A stretch of DNA of 64,000 nt from assembly GCA_958295695.1 (NCBI GenBank), contig OY282363.1:1738225-1802224 (forward strand), written 5' to 3'. The notes under the pieces are model-generated. The model searched no databases. It was not told the origin of the DNA and saw only the letters and a list, made by a program, of their open reading frames with translations. Below, one piece after another: positions 62,501-64,000 of the stretch. This DNA comes from an uncultured Alphaproteobacteria bacterium (GTDB lineage: Bacteria; Pseudomonadota; Alphaproteobacteria; SP197). The position numbers were made by a program, and so were the translations under genes. How positions within the stretch are numbered: the first letter of the stretch is position 1; every line of letters starts with the position of its first letter.

Positions 62501-64000
62501 GCGCCCCGCGTCTCGGGTCGGCGGCGCTGAGGGAGCGCCTTCTCGAAGGCGGCGAATTCGCTCTCCTCGATGTTCGTGAATCCCGGCCGTTCGCGGCCGG
62601 GCACATCCTGACGGCCAACAACGTCCCCCTGTCCCGGCTGGAACTGCGCATCGGCCCTCTCGTTCCGCGCAAGGCGACCGCGATCTGCCTCACCGACGGC
62701 GGCGATGGCCATGCCGACCGGGCGGCGCCGGCGCTGACGGGTCTGGGCTACACGGATCTGGCCGTCCACGACGGCGGCGCGCCGGCGTGGACGGCGGCGG
62801 GATTCGAGCTCTTCGAAGGCGTCAACGCGCCTTCCAAGGCGTTCGGCGAGGCGGTCGAGGCGGTCTGCCGCACGCCCGCGCTCGACGCCGCGGAGGTCAA
62901 GGCGCGGATCGACTCGGGCGAGGACCTCGTCGTTCTCGACGGCCGGCCATGGGACGAATACCGCGAGTTCAATATTCCCGGCGGAATCGACTGTCCCAAC
63001 TCGGAGCTGGCCTATCGCGTGCGCGACCTCGCGCCCGATCCGGAGACGACCATCGTGGTCAACTGCGCCGGCCGCACCCGTTCGATCGTCGGGGCCCAGA
63101 CCCTGCGCAACGCGGGCGTGGCCAATCCGGTCTTCGCGCTGCGCAACGGCACGATCGGTTGGGAGTGGGCGGGGTTCGATCTGGAGCGCGGTGCTACGCG
63201 GCGCTACGGCGCCGTATCGGACGCCGCGCGCGCGTGGTCATGGAAACGGTGCGACGCGCTGGCGCGGCGGGCCGGTGTCGAAACGATCGGGCTCGACACC
63301 CTGGCCCGGTGGCGCCGCGAGGCCCACGCCGCGACGCTCTACATCTTCGACGTCCGAGACCCCGAGGAACATGCGTCCGGAACCCTGCGCGGCGCGTCGT
63401 CGGCGCAGGGCACGCAACTCGTGCAGGCGACGGACGACTGGGTCGCGGTGCGCGACGCTCGCATCGTCCTGGTCGATGACACGGGCGTCAGGGCGCGCGT
63501 GACCGCCCACTGGCTCAAGCAGTTGCTCTATCCGAACGTGGCCGTGCTGGACGCCGATGTGCGCGACCGCGCCGAGGCCGTTCCGGAACGGCGGCGGCCG
63601 GATGCGCCCGCCATCGCGCCGTCCGAGGCCGCCGGTCGCCCGATCCTCGATCTGTCCTCGTCGCTCTCCTTTCTCGCGGCGCACCCGGCGGGCGCTTTCT
63701 GGGGCCTGCGTTCGCGGCTGGACGACGTCGCGGCGGGTCTTCCGCCCGGCCGCCCCGTCGCGCTGCTGGACGACGAGGGCGGCCATCTGTCCTCGCTCGC
63801 GCTGCCCGAGCTCGGGGCGCGCGGGATCGAGGCGGCGCTCCTCGACGGCGGGCTTGCCGCATGGAAGGCGGCTGGGCTGGCCCTGGCGCCGGGACGGGAC
63901 GGTATGCTGTGCGCCATGGACGATGTGGCCGACGTCCCGTTCGAGCTGGCGGACGATCCCGAGGCGGCCAAGCGCCGCTATATCGAGTGGGAGCTGCAAC
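62497..64000 (+). CDS. multi-rhodanese-domain sulfurtransferase (3' end outside window)
   Basis: This gene is not in the ORF track because no stop is reached. I translated it by hand from the ATG at 62497: MSAPRLGSAALRERLLEGGEFALLDVRESRPFAAGHI... with the active-site loop VVNCAGRTRSIVGAQTL. Further rhodanese-like repeats follow (LYIFDVRDPEEHASGTLRGA). The frame is open to 64000. Confidence 0.8.
   Translation, partial: MSAPRLGSAALRERLLEGGEFALLDVRESRPFAAGHILTANNVPLSRLELRIGPLVPRKATAICLTDGGDGHADRAAPALTGLGYTDLAVHDGGAPAWTAAGFELFEGVNAPSKAFGEAVEAVCRTPALDAAEVKARIDSGEDLVVLDGRPWDEYREFNIPGGIDCPNSELAYRVRDLAPDPETTIVVNCAGRTRSIVGAQTLRNAGVANPVFALRNGTIGWEWAGFDLERGATRRYGAVSDAARAWSWKRCDALARRAGVETIGLDTLARWRREAHAATLYIFDVRDPEEHASGTLRGASSAQGTQLVQATDDWVAVRDARIVLVDDTGVRARVTAHWLKQLLYPNVAVLDADVRDRAEAVPERRRPDAPAIAPSEAAGRPILDLSSSLSFLAAHPAGAFWGLRSRLDDVAAGLPPGRPVALLDDEGGHLSSLALPELGARGIEAALLDGGLAAWKAAGLALAPGRDGMLCAMDDVADVPFELADDPEAAKRRYIEWELQ

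Overview
The window is a GC-rich chromosomal segment in which third codon positions are almost always G/C. Its gene content looks alphaproteobacterial: an Irr/ICE-like box, DUF1127, an NDUFS4-like protein, cox accessory genes and a ydbH-ynbE-ydbL cluster. I support about 66 protein-coding genes, 2 tRNAs (Pro-UGG, Arg-UCU), 3 pseudogenes or gene remnants and one IS1595-type mobile element. All family assignments come from reading the supplied translations against remembered family motifs; no database search was run.

Gene order across the window:
- 1-712: glmS 3' end.
- 880-4573 (minus strand): an accessory-looking block with an eroded DUF1778/GNAT toxin-antitoxin pair, a secreted thermonuclease, and an overlapping rsmI / TGT-like / Rmt(FmrO)-like operon.
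- 4.6-12.8 kb: ADP-forming acyl-CoA synthetase, DUF1127, Rieske oxygenase, DsbA-like isomerase, dps, aminotransferase, glutamine amidotransferase, threonine dehydratase.
- 12.9-17.6 kb: cox/xdh accessory genes (MocA fusion, split xdhC, coxE, coxD).
- 17.6-23.1 kb: ydbL-ynbE, a 1.7-kb IS1595-like insertion, then ydbH.
- 23.2-32.5 kb: coxM-coxS-coxG directly preceded by a 10-gene Mrp-type antiporter operon.
- 32.7-33.9 kb: DUF192, tRNA-Pro, NDUFS4-like gene, tRNA-Arg.
- 34.0-39.5 kb: a tight sulfur amino-acid cluster (PLP dehydratase, metC, GNAT, sseA, alaX, CBS/cysK-like).
- 39.6-42.8 kb: a decayed stretch containing an SDR pseudogene.
- 43.0-49.9 kb: omega-transaminase, ppx-ppk, sixA-like gene.
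- 50.5-64.0 kb: a divergent catabolic island (pncA, amidohydrolase, GS-like ligase; Liv-type ABC transporter, PLP enzymes, N-formylglutamate amidohydrolase-like gene, CDO-like cupin, multi-rhodanese protein running off the 3' edge).

Most interesting observations:
1. The rsmI / TGT-like / 16S-G1405-methyltransferase-like operon. Its TGT-fold gene has lost the zinc cysteine cluster and carries a 69-nt, 19% GC rare-codon patch.
2. The IS1595-type element, with 23-bp perfect inverted repeats and an 8-bp target duplication. It has no DDE transposase and carries a passenger gene, and it splits the ydbH-ynbE-ydbL operon.
3. The Mrp operon running into coxGSM with no catalytic large subunit.

No CRISPR array, rRNA gene or integrase was seen.
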